The notes below the pieces were generated by a model, which made no database searches, had not been told where the DNA came from, and saw only the letters and a list, made by a program, of their open reading frames with translations. Below, one piece after another: positions 40,455 to 53,362 of a stretch of DNA of 64,000 nt (its first letter is position 1; every line of letters begins with the position of its first letter). Both the position numbers and the translations under genes were made by a program. Source of the stretch: Octopus vulgaris (lineage: Eukaryota); NCBI GenBank assembly GCA_951406725.2, contig OX597815.1, positions 136,834,001 to 136,898,000 of the forward strand. Direction: 5' to 3'.

Positions 40455-40455
<1 letters not shown>
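40076..40455. mobile_element. Tc1/mariner-type MITE
   Basis: TIRs cactaccgtcagaaattaattagcac / gtgctaattaatttctgacgcgagtg, flanked by TA. Confidence 0.85.
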
Positions 40456-40487
<32 letters not shown>

Positions 40488-40673
40488 CATATGTATAAGT
40501 ACCTATATATGTAATTATATATATATATATATATATATACATATGTATAAGTACCTATATATGTAATTATGTATATATATATATATATACATATATAAGT
40601 ACGTATATATGTATACATATCTATACACACATATACACACACACACTTATCACACTTATATATATATATATAT

Positions 40674-40721
<48 letters not shown>

Positions 40722-40726
<5 letters not shown>

Positions 40727-42454
40727 CGATCTGGGCTGTATCAGTGATATCAACCCCCAACACACTATATTGGACATAACGTTTAGTGCCCCTGATGTCT
40801 TAGCGGCGATAAATGAAATAAAACACAATTCAGTAGTAGGCCCCGATAGGTTCCCTGCTTGTGTCCTGAAGGTGTGTCGACACCAACTTGCATCTCCCCT
40901 TGCTAATCTGTGGAGAAACTCACTGGATTCTGGCTATATTCCAAAAAACCTTCTGTCCCAGTCTGTTGTCCCAGTTTTCAAAAAGGGAAACAAGTCCCTT
41001 GCAGTGAACTACCGTCCGATCTCACTCACCTCTCATATCATCAAGGTATTTGAGAGGGTGGTGAGATCTCGAATAACACAATTTCTGGAAAGCAACAGAC
41101 GGCTGATCCCTAACCAACATGGGTTCCGTAATGGAAGGGACCGCCTAACGCAGCTCCTGCATCACTTTGATGACATTTTGAGAGCTTTGGGAGAGGGCTC
41201 CAACACCGATGTCATCTACCTTGATTTCAGTAAGGCCTTCGACAGGGTCGATCACAAGATCCTATTGAAAAAACTATCCAACATTGGTGTCTCTGGAAAG
41301 TTACTGAAATGGATCAAGTGTTTCCTGACAGACAGATCTCAACATGTTGTAGTTGAAGGGGTAAAATCAAGCCCAGCCAAAGTCAGTAGTGGCGTTCCGC
41401 AAGGCACTGTGCTGGGCCCACTTCTTTTCATCATCTACATTAATGACATCAATGACATCATCAAGCACAGCAACATAAAAATCTTTGCAGATGATTCCAA
41501 GCTACAGAAGGTCATAAATGAGGCGAGTGACCGGACATGCCTTCAGTCAGATCTACTGGCTGTTATCCAATGGGCAGAAAAAAACAATATGCTGCTGAAC
41601 GAGGATAAATTTGAGTTAATCCACTTTGGAAAAGAGGATGCCCTGAAACTCCCATACTCCCTTCCTTCAGGTGAAACTCTCGCGGCGTCCAACAACATCA
41701 GAGACTTGGGAGTAATTGTGGACAACAACATAAGCTGGGCCACTCATATAAACACCAAAGTTGACATGGCCCGCAGAATGTGTTCCTGGATTCTCAGAAC
41801 TTTCCAGTCGAGAGATATCCACACCATTATCCTTCTCTTCTCCACTTTTGCCCGACCCCACCTTGAATACTGTTGTCCACTGTGGTCTCCCCACACAATA
41901 CAAAGTATCATAAAAGTTGAAGCACCTCAAAGGGCAATCACAAGAAAGATAGATGGCATGACAGGCCTCGACTATTGGGGTCGACTAGAAAAGCTAAAAC
42001 TTTATTCTCTCCAACGTCGTCGTGAGCGCTACATCATCTGCATGATGTGGAAAATATTCCATCAGCATTGCCCAAATGATGTTGGCATCACCTTTAAGGT
42101 ACATCCAAGGCTTGGGCCCCGTGCCATCCGCCCAAAACAAAAATCGCACTCTCATCTCATAACAACAATACGGCACAATTATTTCACCTCAATTGGCCCC
42201 GCTCTCTTTAACATTACACCAAAACACATTAAAACAGAAACTGACCCTATAGGGTTCAAGAAGTCTTTGGACAGATTCCTTCAAGAAATCCCGGATAAAC
42301 CCCCTACACCCGGATATGTCTCTGTAAACAATAACTCTCTACTTGAGTGGGCCATAGTGCCCAAATTCTGACTTGAAAGACTTCACCAGGTGGTGCTATT
42401 AAGTTAGACATGGCCTGGGCCAATAATGGCCGAAACCTATCAAAGTATCAAAGT
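40722..42454 (+). mobile_element. 5'-truncated CR1/L2-group LINE with open RT frame (40722-42371), inserted in (TA)n
   Basis: 549-aa uninterrupted ORF: NYRPISLTS, QHGFR, YLDFSKAFD, GVPQGTVLGPLLF, FADD, RDLGV, LEYCCPLWSP. Short 3' UTR ends in (TATCAAAG)2; no endonuclease domain. Confidence 0.95.
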
Positions 42455-42930
42455 ATATATATATATATATTTATACATATATATATACTCTAATTGCACC
42501 ACTTACAGAACTATTTACGTCCCTTACAAATTATCTTTTTACTCGGGGACTTATTATCCCAACACCGTTTGGTAGTCGGGGCGCATTCAAAGCCAGGGAA
42601 CAGTAATGAAGATACCGTTATGACCTTAAATCTCTTAAGCAATTCAAAATAATGACTTTTATTCCTCTTAATTCTACATTGGTTCATCTATTAGTATATA
42701 TTTATTGCTACTTCTCATTGAAAAGCCATTATTGTTTTGATATTCAATGTACTTCTTACTTCCTCCATATCTTTTCCACGTGTAGTTTGTATTTTCTTTT
42801 TGAAACATATTGCTGTTATACACACACACGCACAAATATATATATATACATATATACGTATAAATATACTCCATTCTTTCATATACGTATAAATATACAT
42901 ACATATATATATATATATATATACATATAG

Positions 42931-42971
<41 letters not shown>

Positions 42972-43449
42972 CATATATGCATACATATTTATATACATAT
43001 ATGCATACATATATATACACATATATGCATACATATATATACACATATATACATACATATATATACACATATATACATACATATATATACACATATATAC
43101 ATACATATATATACACATATATACATACATACATATACACATATATACATACATACATATACACATATATACATACATACATATACACATATATACATAC
43201 ATATATATACACATATATACATACATATATACACATATATACATACATATATATACATATATACATACATATATATACATATATACATACATATATATAC
43301 ATATATACATACATATATATACATATATACATACATATATATACACATATACATATATATACACACATATACATACATATATATACATACATATACATAC
43401 ATATATATACACACATATACATACATATATACAACATATATATATATAA

Positions 43450-44660
43450 AATCTAAACACGAGAGCTTCATCCCTCAGAAAACATCTAGACACATGCCGG
43501 AACACCGACAATAGCATATCAGTCACAACTGAGTCCGATGAAAAACATTTGGATAATTTAAGAATTAAGGAATCTATAATCATACACAGAGGAGCCTGGC
43601 TCCGCTGCCACCAAGACCTTCACGGATAGTATTCTCTATCCAGTGGGGTTCAAATCCCGGTAGCAAACCACTGACCCAAACCCTCGTCAATTTTTTCCCA
43701 CAATAAGTGGGAAGAAACAAAATTTCTTTACCCTCAATGGGCTGGCTCGCAATACTGCGAACCTCCTCTGGGGTATCAAACAGCAACCAAACCGTTGCAT
43801 GTTTGACTCCCCTAGAGATATACGTAATGGTTGGCAGATGTTCCGCCAACTCCTGCTCAATCATCTGCTTGGAGAAGATGGTAATGGTGTCGAGAACCTT
43901 TGAATACGTTCTAATCACCACCGTCCTATCATCTTGCTGCCAGATCCATTCTTTAGGTGGGACAATCTTCCACTCTACAATATTATCCGTATTTTTTTTG
44001 CCATGTTATAAAGTAAAAAATTAAAAAGTCCAAAACGATAGTTTACAAAAAGGAAAGAGAAAATTCAAAAGGAAACAAAAGGGAAGAAGAAAAAAGCAAA
44101 CAGTTCAATATTTAAAAAAGTCACAATAGAAGAAGAAAACAGCTAAAAAAAACATAACAAAAAATCTTCTGGGCATTCAGATACTCCAAGCCCTATGGTA
44201 CTTCAACTAGAACCTGGACTGCTCCACTTAAAATACGGCTTTCCAACGTAGTTGTAAAATACACACTATTTACAAACAGCGAACTACTTTTGGTGGCAGG
44301 ATACGTCACCAAAGTATATTTCACACAATGAGAAAAAAATTTCATTTCATGCGAACAGTTGAAATTCAGCTTTCCAATAGTAAAAACATACACTGTTAAA
44401 AAGTTTTGGTTGAAGGATAAATATACTTCTCACAAGGAGAAAGAATTTTCATTTAATGTGAACCATATTGCTGAACTGCAAGTAGACCAACATTCTGAAT
44501 CCAGTGAGGATTCCTTGTTTGTAAAAAAAATATAAACACAGACAACGACCCTCACTGGGTCCAAGAGAATAAAGTCTTACCTTGCAGCAGCTTCTTTTGG
44601 CAGGCTAAACACTGCCGGCTATCTTCTTCACTGCACAATACAATGACACATGCGCACACT
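43450..44660 (-). mobile_element. Related Tx1-like ORF1 element, copy C (divergent, truncated before the zinc knuckle)
   Basis: EWKIVPPKEWI...RTVVIRTYSK...ISRGVKHATVWLLF...EGKEILFLPTYCGKKLTRVWVSG is homologous to copies A and B; ATG at about 44004. Confidence 0.7.
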
Positions 44661-44695
44661 GATAACAGAGACTCATGGGAAAAATGTAAGCTACT

Positions 44696-46849
44696 TTATT
44701 TCATAAAATTTGTCATATAGACAGTACAAATATTGTGTAGCTTTGCGGGCTGGACAAACAAATTAATGAATGAAAATTAAATAAAATGAATAAATGAGAG
44801 ACGAAACCCAACACCTGCCGTTTGGATTTTTCTCGAAAACATTTTCTTTTTTTAAAAATCAATATAAGGTTTCAAACCTCTTACAAGGAGGCACTAAAAC
44901 CTCTTACAAGATACTTTTTTTCATTTAATTTGCCACAAGGGCAGCACATAGATTTACAACAATTCTCCTTGTCAGGTCCCCCAAGCAATATGACTTGCCG
45001 CCTGCAGACAACTCTGCAACGACAAGTCGGGGCCTGCAAAGAAGAAAGCAAATTCTTCCTTGTCAAAGGTCGCTTCGACCTTTGACAAAATGTTTTCCGT
45101 TACTACCTCCGCAGCCACCTACGGAGGCCATATCGGGCTACTTGGGCAGACCGAGTACACACGTTCTCAGTCACCCAAGCCGTCCAAAAATTTACTCACC
45201 GTACCTCCCTTGTGGTAAAGGAGGAGAAACACCTCCTCTTCACAGGAAGGGACCTCACACTGCTCCGTCATTGGCACACTTCCCACTGACGGAGCCCTTT
45301 CCGCAGATGGCACACATCCCACCTGCGGCCCCGTCGGCGGCCCAGGAGCATCCGCCGACCGTCCTCTGCTCCTCTTTTTCCTCTTTCGTTTTGAGGCTGC
45401 AGGAGCAGGGGGCTACGTCGACAGACGCGGGGTCGCTACCCTCCTCCGCCGCCTGAACATTCTTTGGTGAGCAACCATTGTAACTCACCTTTCTTTTTCT
45501 TTTCGTGAAGCCAAATTCCTCCACGACTTCCACCGTCTCCCCTCCAATGAGGGGTCGGCGGGCACCTTCTCTTTCTCATGCACCAGGGCCTTACTACGGC
45601 CCTTGGTACAGTTTTCTCTTATATGGCCGGGCTCGAGGCACAGGTGACACTTGGGGAAGCGTCCCTCAAGTATCACCGGGTACCTGTACCAGGCCATTTT
45701 TAGAAAGTCTAGGAATGTCATATCTCTTACGGCCACCGGGGTCCACAGGGTCAAAGTTGCCTTTGACTCCTCCCAGTCGACCACAGGAGCAACATCCAAA
45801 CTCAATAGTCTGACCTGCTATCCCCCAGGCCTCGCCGGATGGTATCTTCGATCCATCCCGCCTCCGTGCCCGGGGGCAATCCGCAGACCCAGGCTCTTCT
45901 TATCTTCCTCCCACAATAAGTGGGGAGGAACAAAATCTCTTCTCCCTCAAGGGGCTCGCTAGCAAATCTGCCAGCTTCCTCAGGGGTGACAAACAGCAAC
46001 CAGGCCGTTGCAAATTTGGTTCCCCGTGAAATAAATTTTATAGTTGGCAGGTAGTCTGCCAACTCTTTCTCTATCACGCTCTTGTCGAAGAAGGCAATGG
46101 CACCACACGACCTAGAATAGGTCCGTAGTACTACCATCCTCTTCTCAAGATCTTTAATCCACTGTTTAGGTGGGACCACCTCCCACTCCAAAACAGCGGC
46201 ACCGTTTGTTTTCGCCATGTGCAAAAAAGTCTTAAAAGTTCAAAGAAAGTTCAAAGGTCAAAGAAGATGTAAAAAAAGGAACACAAAAAGTTAACAGAAA
46301 CAGTAAAAAAATAAGTAAGTCCAAAAAATAAATTAACAGTTCAAAAAGAAAGAAAAAATCAGGAAAGATAGACGAAAAGTAGAAAAACAATTCACACAGC
46401 AAAAATCCAATTTCCTGGCCAGCATGTACTCCCGGCCTAATGTGAATAGGGTCCTTGGCATAAATTTGTTTTTTTCCGGTAATTGGTAAAATAAATCCAA
46501 ACACAATACTGGCTACAGCCAACGGTAACTGCAACAGCAACTCTAACAGGTTCTATTCGGGCGAGGATACGCCCCATCACATTTTTTTTAAATGAATCCA
46601 AAAATTCACAATAAATTCACAATATACAAAAACAGCAGCCGCCGAGAGCAGGTAAAATTGTCCCAGAGCTGGGCACAATTTACTGAAAAAATAATTCGCA
46701 CGCAATAAATTATGCCCAGCTCACAACAAACAAAATCACCTACCTCGACAACCTTCTCTGTTTTTGTTCTTTTTTAATTTTAGGACGGAGCTCAAAGCTC
46801 ACGTTCTCAATGTTCACTGGCAAGAAGTCGACTTGACGCGCATGTGCGG
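44696..46849 (-). mobile_element. ORF1-only Tx1-like (HAL1-type) element, copy B
   Basis: ORF from ATG 46218 (MAKTNGAAVLEWEVVPPKQWI), knuckle CHLCLEPGHIRENC, Cys-rich tail ending CPCGK, ~200-bp 3' UTR ending GAAATAA. No RT; AAGCTACT occurs on both flanks. Confidence 0.8.
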
Positions 46850-46913
46850 AAGCAAGCTACTTACCACACAGCTGTTATTTTATATATCAATACAATAATA
46901 GCAATTATATAAT

Positions 46914-47036
46914 ACACAAGGCTTTGGTGGGCACAGAATTGTAATGAAAGGGAATTGCCCAACGTGCCGCACAATGGGATTGAACCTAAGTCGACATGAT
47001 TGGAAAACAATCTTCTGAAACACACAGCTACACCTA
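46914..47036 (-). mobile_element. Old SINE family A fragment
   Basis: cacaaggctttggtggg...ttgcccaa...gggattgaacc...cacacagc. Confidence 0.6.
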
Positions 47037-47172
47037 TAAAGGAGAGATACATTTTGGATAATATACTCCTTGATATAATAAGATTAACAAAAAGATGCGA
47101 TGTTTACGGCGAGAAGACCTTTGATTTCAATATTTACTCGAGCAACGCAACAACTAACAACGCTGCGCCATA

Positions 47173-47600
47173 TAGGGTGTTCCAAAGTTAACTATCTGCT
47201 TGAATTAAATTAAGCAAATTTAAAAAAAGAAACTCACTAAATTTTATGTTTATTACCAAAACAATTGAAAATTTTCAATGTGTCTGTATCCCTGCATACT
47301 TCATATTTCTCCTTAGCGTTGCGAAAAACATTTTAAAACATTTCAGCTCCTACACTGCTAACTGAATGTGCTCTTGAAGCTCAGCTAAACGGTTACCCAT
47401 CATGGGAATGGAGGTTAAGAAAATTATTTCTGCCAAATTGAAAATAAGAGGGGTCCAACAGGATTTAAAATAAAATTATAAAGAAAATTCAAAATGTATA
47501 CACTTTTAACATATTCAACATGATAAACATAAATAAAAGTGATTTTTAAAACAAGAGCATCCGATTTTACTCAAACCATCATTAATTCTGGGACACCCTG
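47173..47600. mobile_element. Tc1/mariner deletion derivative
   Basis: Imperfect TIRs (t)agggtgttccaaagttaa / ttaattctgggacaccctg with TA flanks. Confidence 0.6.
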
Positions 47601-47717
47601 TATTTACTCGTCTGACTAAACGGGGAGGGAACACAGGTGGGGGACTAATTGCACCGAAGTGGTCCTGTGAGTCACAACAGCAGTTTTTTTTTTCGTATGA
47701 ACATTTTGCATTATATA

Positions 47718-49055
47718 CAGGGGTTGGACAAAATAATGGAAACACGTTATAATTTTAAACAAATATATTTTGATATGGGGTGATACCGCCTTTGGCAGTA
47801 ATTACAGCTTGAATTCTACGAGGTAATGACTCATACAATGCTTGAATTGATTCCAAAGTAATTTTTGCCCATTCTTCAGTTAAAACAGTCTCCAGTTCTT
47901 GTAGTGATGATGGTGGAGGATATCGACTCCATACTTCTTTTTCTAAAATGCACCATAAATGTTCACTAATACTGATATCTGGGGACAGTGGCGGCCAGAT
48001 AAGATGTTCAACTTCACTAGAATGTTACTCGTGCCATTTAATAACAACTTTAGCTGTGTGAATTGGTGCATTATCATCCTGAATTAATACGTTTCCTTCC
48101 GGAAACAGTTCCGCAACTACAGAATGAATTTGATCAGACGAAATGCTTAGTCTTGGCTTAATTCTGCCATGAACAGGAAAGGAAACCATTAGGCCGGCGG
48201 ACTTCCAAGATATAGCCTCCACCCAGATCATCACAGATCCTCATCCATGTTTAACAGTTGGAAGGCAGTCTGGGTCAAATGTTTCTTTTGGCTTTCTCCA
48301 CATGTATACTCGGCCGGTGGTCGGAAATAAGGTAAAAGATGACTCATCCGAGAAAATAATATTCTTCCACTGCTCTAGGGACCAATTCTGTAGGCTTTTA
48401 CTCCACGCTAAACGCTTTGCAACGGCTTTGTGCTGATCCCGGCAATCAGTTTTTGAGGAAACTGGGTTTTCGAGGCAGTCATTAAGATCTGCAGTAATTT
48501 TTGGAGCTGTACCATTGTGATTCTTTCTAACAATTCGCGTAAGAATCCGACGGTCTCCATCTGAAAGTTCTGGTTTTCTTCCGGAGTTTTGTTTCGACGA
48601 GGAGGATTTTTTCCCTCTTTCTCAAAGGCTGTCAATACTTTCGAGACAGTATTTTTTGATACCCCAACATTTCGGCTGTTTTCATTACGCTAGCGCCTAC
48701 CATACGAGTACCAACAATCTGACCGCTTTCAAAGTCCGACAGATCTGTCATTTTAATGAATTTTAATTACCTTTTTCTGATGATATCTGAAAAGAAACTG
48801 CATTTTCAGCAAAACATATTAAGCAACACATAATAAATAAAAAAAATAAATAAACGGAGTGGCTGTGTGGTAAGTAGCTTGCTTACGAACCACATGGTTC
48901 CGGGTACAGTCCCACAGCGTAGCACCTTGGGTAAGTGTCTTCTACTGTAGCCTCGGGCCGACCAAAGCCTTGTGAGTGGATTTGGTAGACGGAAACTGAA
49001 AGAAGCCCGTCGTATATATATATATATATATATATAGGTCCCGGGTTGAGTCGGG

Positions 49056-49108
<53 letters not shown>

Positions 49109-49334
49109 TGTGTCTGTGTTTGTCCCCCCAACATTGCTTGACAACCGATGCTTGTGTTTACGTCCCCGTAACTTGGCGGTTCGGCACGACAAAAGGTGGT
49201 GCTCCAGCATGGCCCCAGTCACATGACTGAAACAAGTTAAAGAGTAAAAAAAGAGTAACCTTTTGACGGTTTTATAGATATTTCAAAATGATGATGCTAT
49301 GATGCTAGGTGTTTCGATTATTTTGTCCAGCCCA
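47718..49334 (-). mobile_element. Degenerate Tc1 transposon interrupted by a SINE
   Basis: TIRs caggggttggacaaaataatggaaacac / gtgtttcgattattttgtccagccc. Minus-strand motifs IFSDES, QDDNAPIHTAK and WPPLSPDISISEHLW indicate a DD34E-type transposase. Confidence 0.92.
48856..49256 (+). mobile_element. tRNA-derived SINE family A (young copy) nested in Tc1
   Basis: GGAGTGGCTGTGTGGTAAGTAGCTTGCTTACGAACCACATGGTTCCGGG...GGTGGTGCTCCAGCATGGCC...TGAAACAAG. Confidence 0.93.
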
Positions 49335-49988
49335 GACATGCATGACATAGAAAGCAGACGTGCTGCCGGACCATGCTGCGTTGCGGAGGATTGGAGAATG
49401 GATGAATGGGTTTGTTGTACCTTTACCCAGCCGTACACACACACATACATGGCCCGGTGGTACGCGGGGTGGTAACATGAAGCATCAACAGGGCGCCGAC
49501 AAAAATTTCAATGCTCTTCGCATTTCTTCTGACAAATTGGATAAAAAAGTTTTCATGAAATAGTATACGCTACTTATAACGCATAAGTACTGTCAATATT
49601 TTATCATCGGAAAATGGCCTAAAAAAGATAAAAACATGTGCAGTATTTTCAAATCTGATTATTCTGCATTTGCATGGGAGTGGGATCATAGTCGCCGTCG
49701 AAAATTGTTTTAGTCAACAGCAATTCGAGGAGACTGATTAAGGTTTGTTGCAAATTTAGAGGAAAGCGACTAGATACTCAAGTCATGGGCCTTAACGTTG
49801 AAAAATGCTTTTAATATGTAGTTTATCTGCCCTTGGATCCGCATTAGGCAAGAAGTTGAAACTTGATTTGGCCCATGACACTTCTTGAATGCTATGTAAT
49901 GCAAGAGGAAAATTTCATTAAAATCGGTTGGGTGGATCTCGAATTTTTACGACATGACAAACACACAGTCAAACACACATCCTGTGTT

Positions 49989-50027
<39 letters not shown>

Positions 50028-50042
50028 CATTCATGCATACAT

Positions 50043-50076
<34 letters not shown>

Positions 50077-50816
50077 ACATACATACATACATACATACAT
50101 ACATACATACATACATACATACATACATACATACACATACATACATACATATATATGCGTTTGTGCCTAGTTGTTATGGGATGCATATTGCATTATTCAT
50201 TATTACTGCCCAACAATACAATACGCATTGAGAATTCATAGCAAATCGTAACAGGGATCTAGTTACAGCAAAGTAGATATCAGTCTTTTTCTCTTGATAT
50301 CATCGTCAATAGTTTAGCTTCTATAATTACACCATCAAAGTAAAATCTTATTAGATAATTTCCTTTCATGTTGATTTTCGTAACATTCAGATTTATAATT
50401 GTGAACCCCTACAACGAAACGTCACTACAAAATTAATTACTGGAGCCAATTTAATGATCATATTTCGCATTCTTCAACGCTAATATTTAACCAGCTCTCA
50501 ACAAGGTTTCATCGTCGATGCTGCTACAAACAAAGAATATCTAAATTACTATAACCTTATGAGTTTGATTTATATTCTATTTTATTAACATCTAATTCTT
50601 TATTTTAACTTTTATCTTTTACATGCATATTTAGTTTATTACTGTGATGATATTAATGCATTAAGCTGACGTAAACTTCTGTCTTCAGTGATTTTGATAT
50701 GAGCTTGAATTGATCATGGTTAAAAAAATATGACTCGCGGAGGATGAACATATATATATATGCAATACAGAGTATAAATAATGGTTATTATATATTCTTT
50801 CTTTATTTCGTTAATT

Positions 50817-50943
50817 TTGACTTACAGCTGTTTCCAGTAGTCATTATAGGTTTGTTATTGATATGTTTATTCAATTGGCGCATTGATCGGTTGAGTAAAA
50901 ATTGAACGACCTAAATATTTAATGCTGCTTTCATCAGTCATTT
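50817..50943 (-). ncRNA. Type I hammerhead-like motif with long stem II insertion
   Basis: CTGATGA-aagcagcatta...taatgactactg-GAAA-CAGCTG-TA: intact core, palindromic stem III, weak stem I. Confidence 0.55.
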
Positions 50944-51327
50944 CTGGTTTCCACAATAATACGCGACGCGGAGCACGTTACTGATCTAAGCAATATTGTT
51001 AGCCTGGTGCACTAACTGAGTATTTTGCTTATCCTATTCACTCTTCTCCCATCTCGTTTAATATACCATAATAAATTCTAAAGACTGCAGTATCTTTGGA
51101 AACGTCGTCTGCCTACATTTCTCGAAAAATTCAGAAAACGTTTGCAAAAATGAATGTAAATCACAAATTATCTGGATAAATAACGCCAGCATAGACCTAA
51201 ATTTATAGAATTATTAAAGAATCCGTATTGTTAGTTTAAGATGAATTCAGTTTGAAAATCGTATTCCATAAAGAACTGATGTCATTCATGAAATTAAGGA
51301 ATCCACAAAAGATATATAGATATGCAT

Positions 51328-51760
51328 AAACGATACAAATAAGATATTTTTTCGAACGCAGACTTGCCGTTAGAACAGCAGAAATACTGAGGTAAATAAT
51401 CCTTACAAGGCGGAAAAACTTACCAACAACCAGCTAGGGGACTGGAACCCATACCACTCAAAGACTCCGGCTGAGTGCTTTACCATCAAGCTAAACTGCA
51501 CACTGACAAATTTATCGACAAATTTAGACGCTAAATACTTTAGTATTTTATGGAACAACCATGTAAACAAAAAATACTTGTTCTTTTATTAGAAGCGTCA
51601 GAAATGTGTAATCTACGATACAAAAGAGATGACGTTTGTTTTTTCTGTGTTAAAAAAAAAATCATCTTATTTGTATCGTAGAATACATATTTTCGACGCT
51701 TCTAATGAAAAAGACACATGTTTGTTTACACATGATTGTTCCATAAAAAGCGTCTAAATT
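51328..51760. mobile_element. tRNA-like sequence (51428-51500, minus) with adjacent ~110-bp fold-back arms
   Basis: Minus strand TAGCTTGATGGTAAAGCAC...GGGTTCCAGTCCC. Arms 51520-51632 / 51661-51760 are diverged reverse complements; a third partial copy lies at 51328-51362. Confidence 0.5.
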
Positions 51761-52029
51761 CTTGAACTGGAGATAATGAGTTCAACAATCTCCTTGCTAT
51801 CACCAGTGCATCTCTCCTTCTGTTCGTCAGTGAGGACCCTGGCGCATTACAGAAGGTTATAAGCTTCCTGTTTAGGGTTGTTATAACTTGTTCAGGGCTG
51901 TTATAACTTGGGTAAATTATTGTAATTTTGGTATATCCTTACTAAACATCTAATAAGGTGACCTGCCAACTGTTTATTTTAGATTGAAGGAGACGGTTTT
52001 GATCACTCTGCCCACACCGTACTCAACAC

Positions 52030-53077
52030 TTCTTGTCACAACTAACTAGCTTGCAGAATGTCATCGGGACGTTTGAGAAATCGCTAGGCCATAAAGTTTT
52101 TTGTTAAACTGGGCAAAAATGCAACAGAAACTTATGAAATTTCCAGGTTACTTATGAATTACTTTGTATGAGCCGGGCATCTGTTTTACGCTGGCACAAG
52201 AGGTTCAACAATGCTAGAGACGAAACGAGAAAAGCTTAGTAGTGCACGTAAGGACATCAGCCATGGTTGATCAAAATAATTTGCTTGCTTAAGACCGTCA
52301 TGTATCTATAAAGACGAAATGATAGAGTTCGGATTTGGTGCAGCAACTGTACACAGAGCTAAATGCAAAACATATGCAGAGTTTGTTCCCAGAATGCTCA
52401 GTGACAAACAAAAGGAAAGACGCATTGATGACAGCAGGGAGATTGTTGAACTCGTTGCCTCCAATCCAAGAATCTCTGGTGACATCTGACGAAAGCTGAA
52501 TTTACTGTTATGATCAAAATCCCAACAGACAGACTACCGAGCAGAGCAAATTCGAACTCAAGAAGTTCAGTCAAAGCAAATGTATGAGATGTCTATGAAG
52601 ATACTTTTTTTTATACATCCATTGGTTTCCTTCAAGCCAGGCGGTCAGTGAAAACGCCTTGAGGGATTGCGTCGCAAAAACCTAGAACACTTCCACTCGA
52701 TTCGGTGACACCTACACCAGTAAAATGTACCAGTCTACATTTGCATCCGGTAACCAACAGCTTGACAGATATGGGTATCAAAATTATTCCTCAGCCTCCA
52801 TACGGTCCAGATCTTGCTCCTTGTGATTTGGTGGTTTCATAAGCACAAAGAGAGCCTTCAGGTGATTAGTTTTGAAGATATTGAGCTGTAGAAGTTTGTG
52901 ACAAGGATCTTGAACACGTTCACTTCGGCTGATATTCATGTGACATTCACAAGTTGGTTGAAGCACCACAACATTGAAGTCAGACGAACCTATTTTAAAG
53001 GAGAATAGACATCGTACTTTCTTGAAATTAATGAATCTCTCTCCTGAAAAGTTGGAAAAATATTCTGGAATACACCT

Positions 53078-53080
<3 letters not shown>
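52030..53080 (+). mobile_element. Degenerate mariner (DD34D) transposon
   Basis: FFVKLGKNATETY, TSDES and QPPYGPDLAPCD motifs; right end attctggaatacaccttgTA. Confidence 0.85.
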
Positions 53081-53119
<39 letters not shown>

Positions 53120-53362
53120 GAGAGAGAGAGGGAGGGAGGAAGGTGCAGAAAGAGAGAGCGAAACCCATGTGAGTGGCACTACTGGCTACATTGAATGCAA
53201 TTGGAGGTGTTGTCCACTAATTTTCTCCCAATGCTGCTTTTCCATCGATATTGCATATTTTTCTTCAGCAAGCCTCAAAATCTCAACAATTTATACCTCT
53301 CTCCTGTCCCAGGTCCTACCGAGGGCCATTATCAGTAATGTTCTCCAACCTTTCGACATTTA

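Noticed and set aside
48776-48800. CTGATGA-tatct-GAAA hammerhead-like string
   Set aside because: Lies inside a Tc1 fossil with no pairable stems.
52486-52500. CTGACGAAAG core-like string
   Set aside because: Codons of the mariner T.DE catalytic motif.
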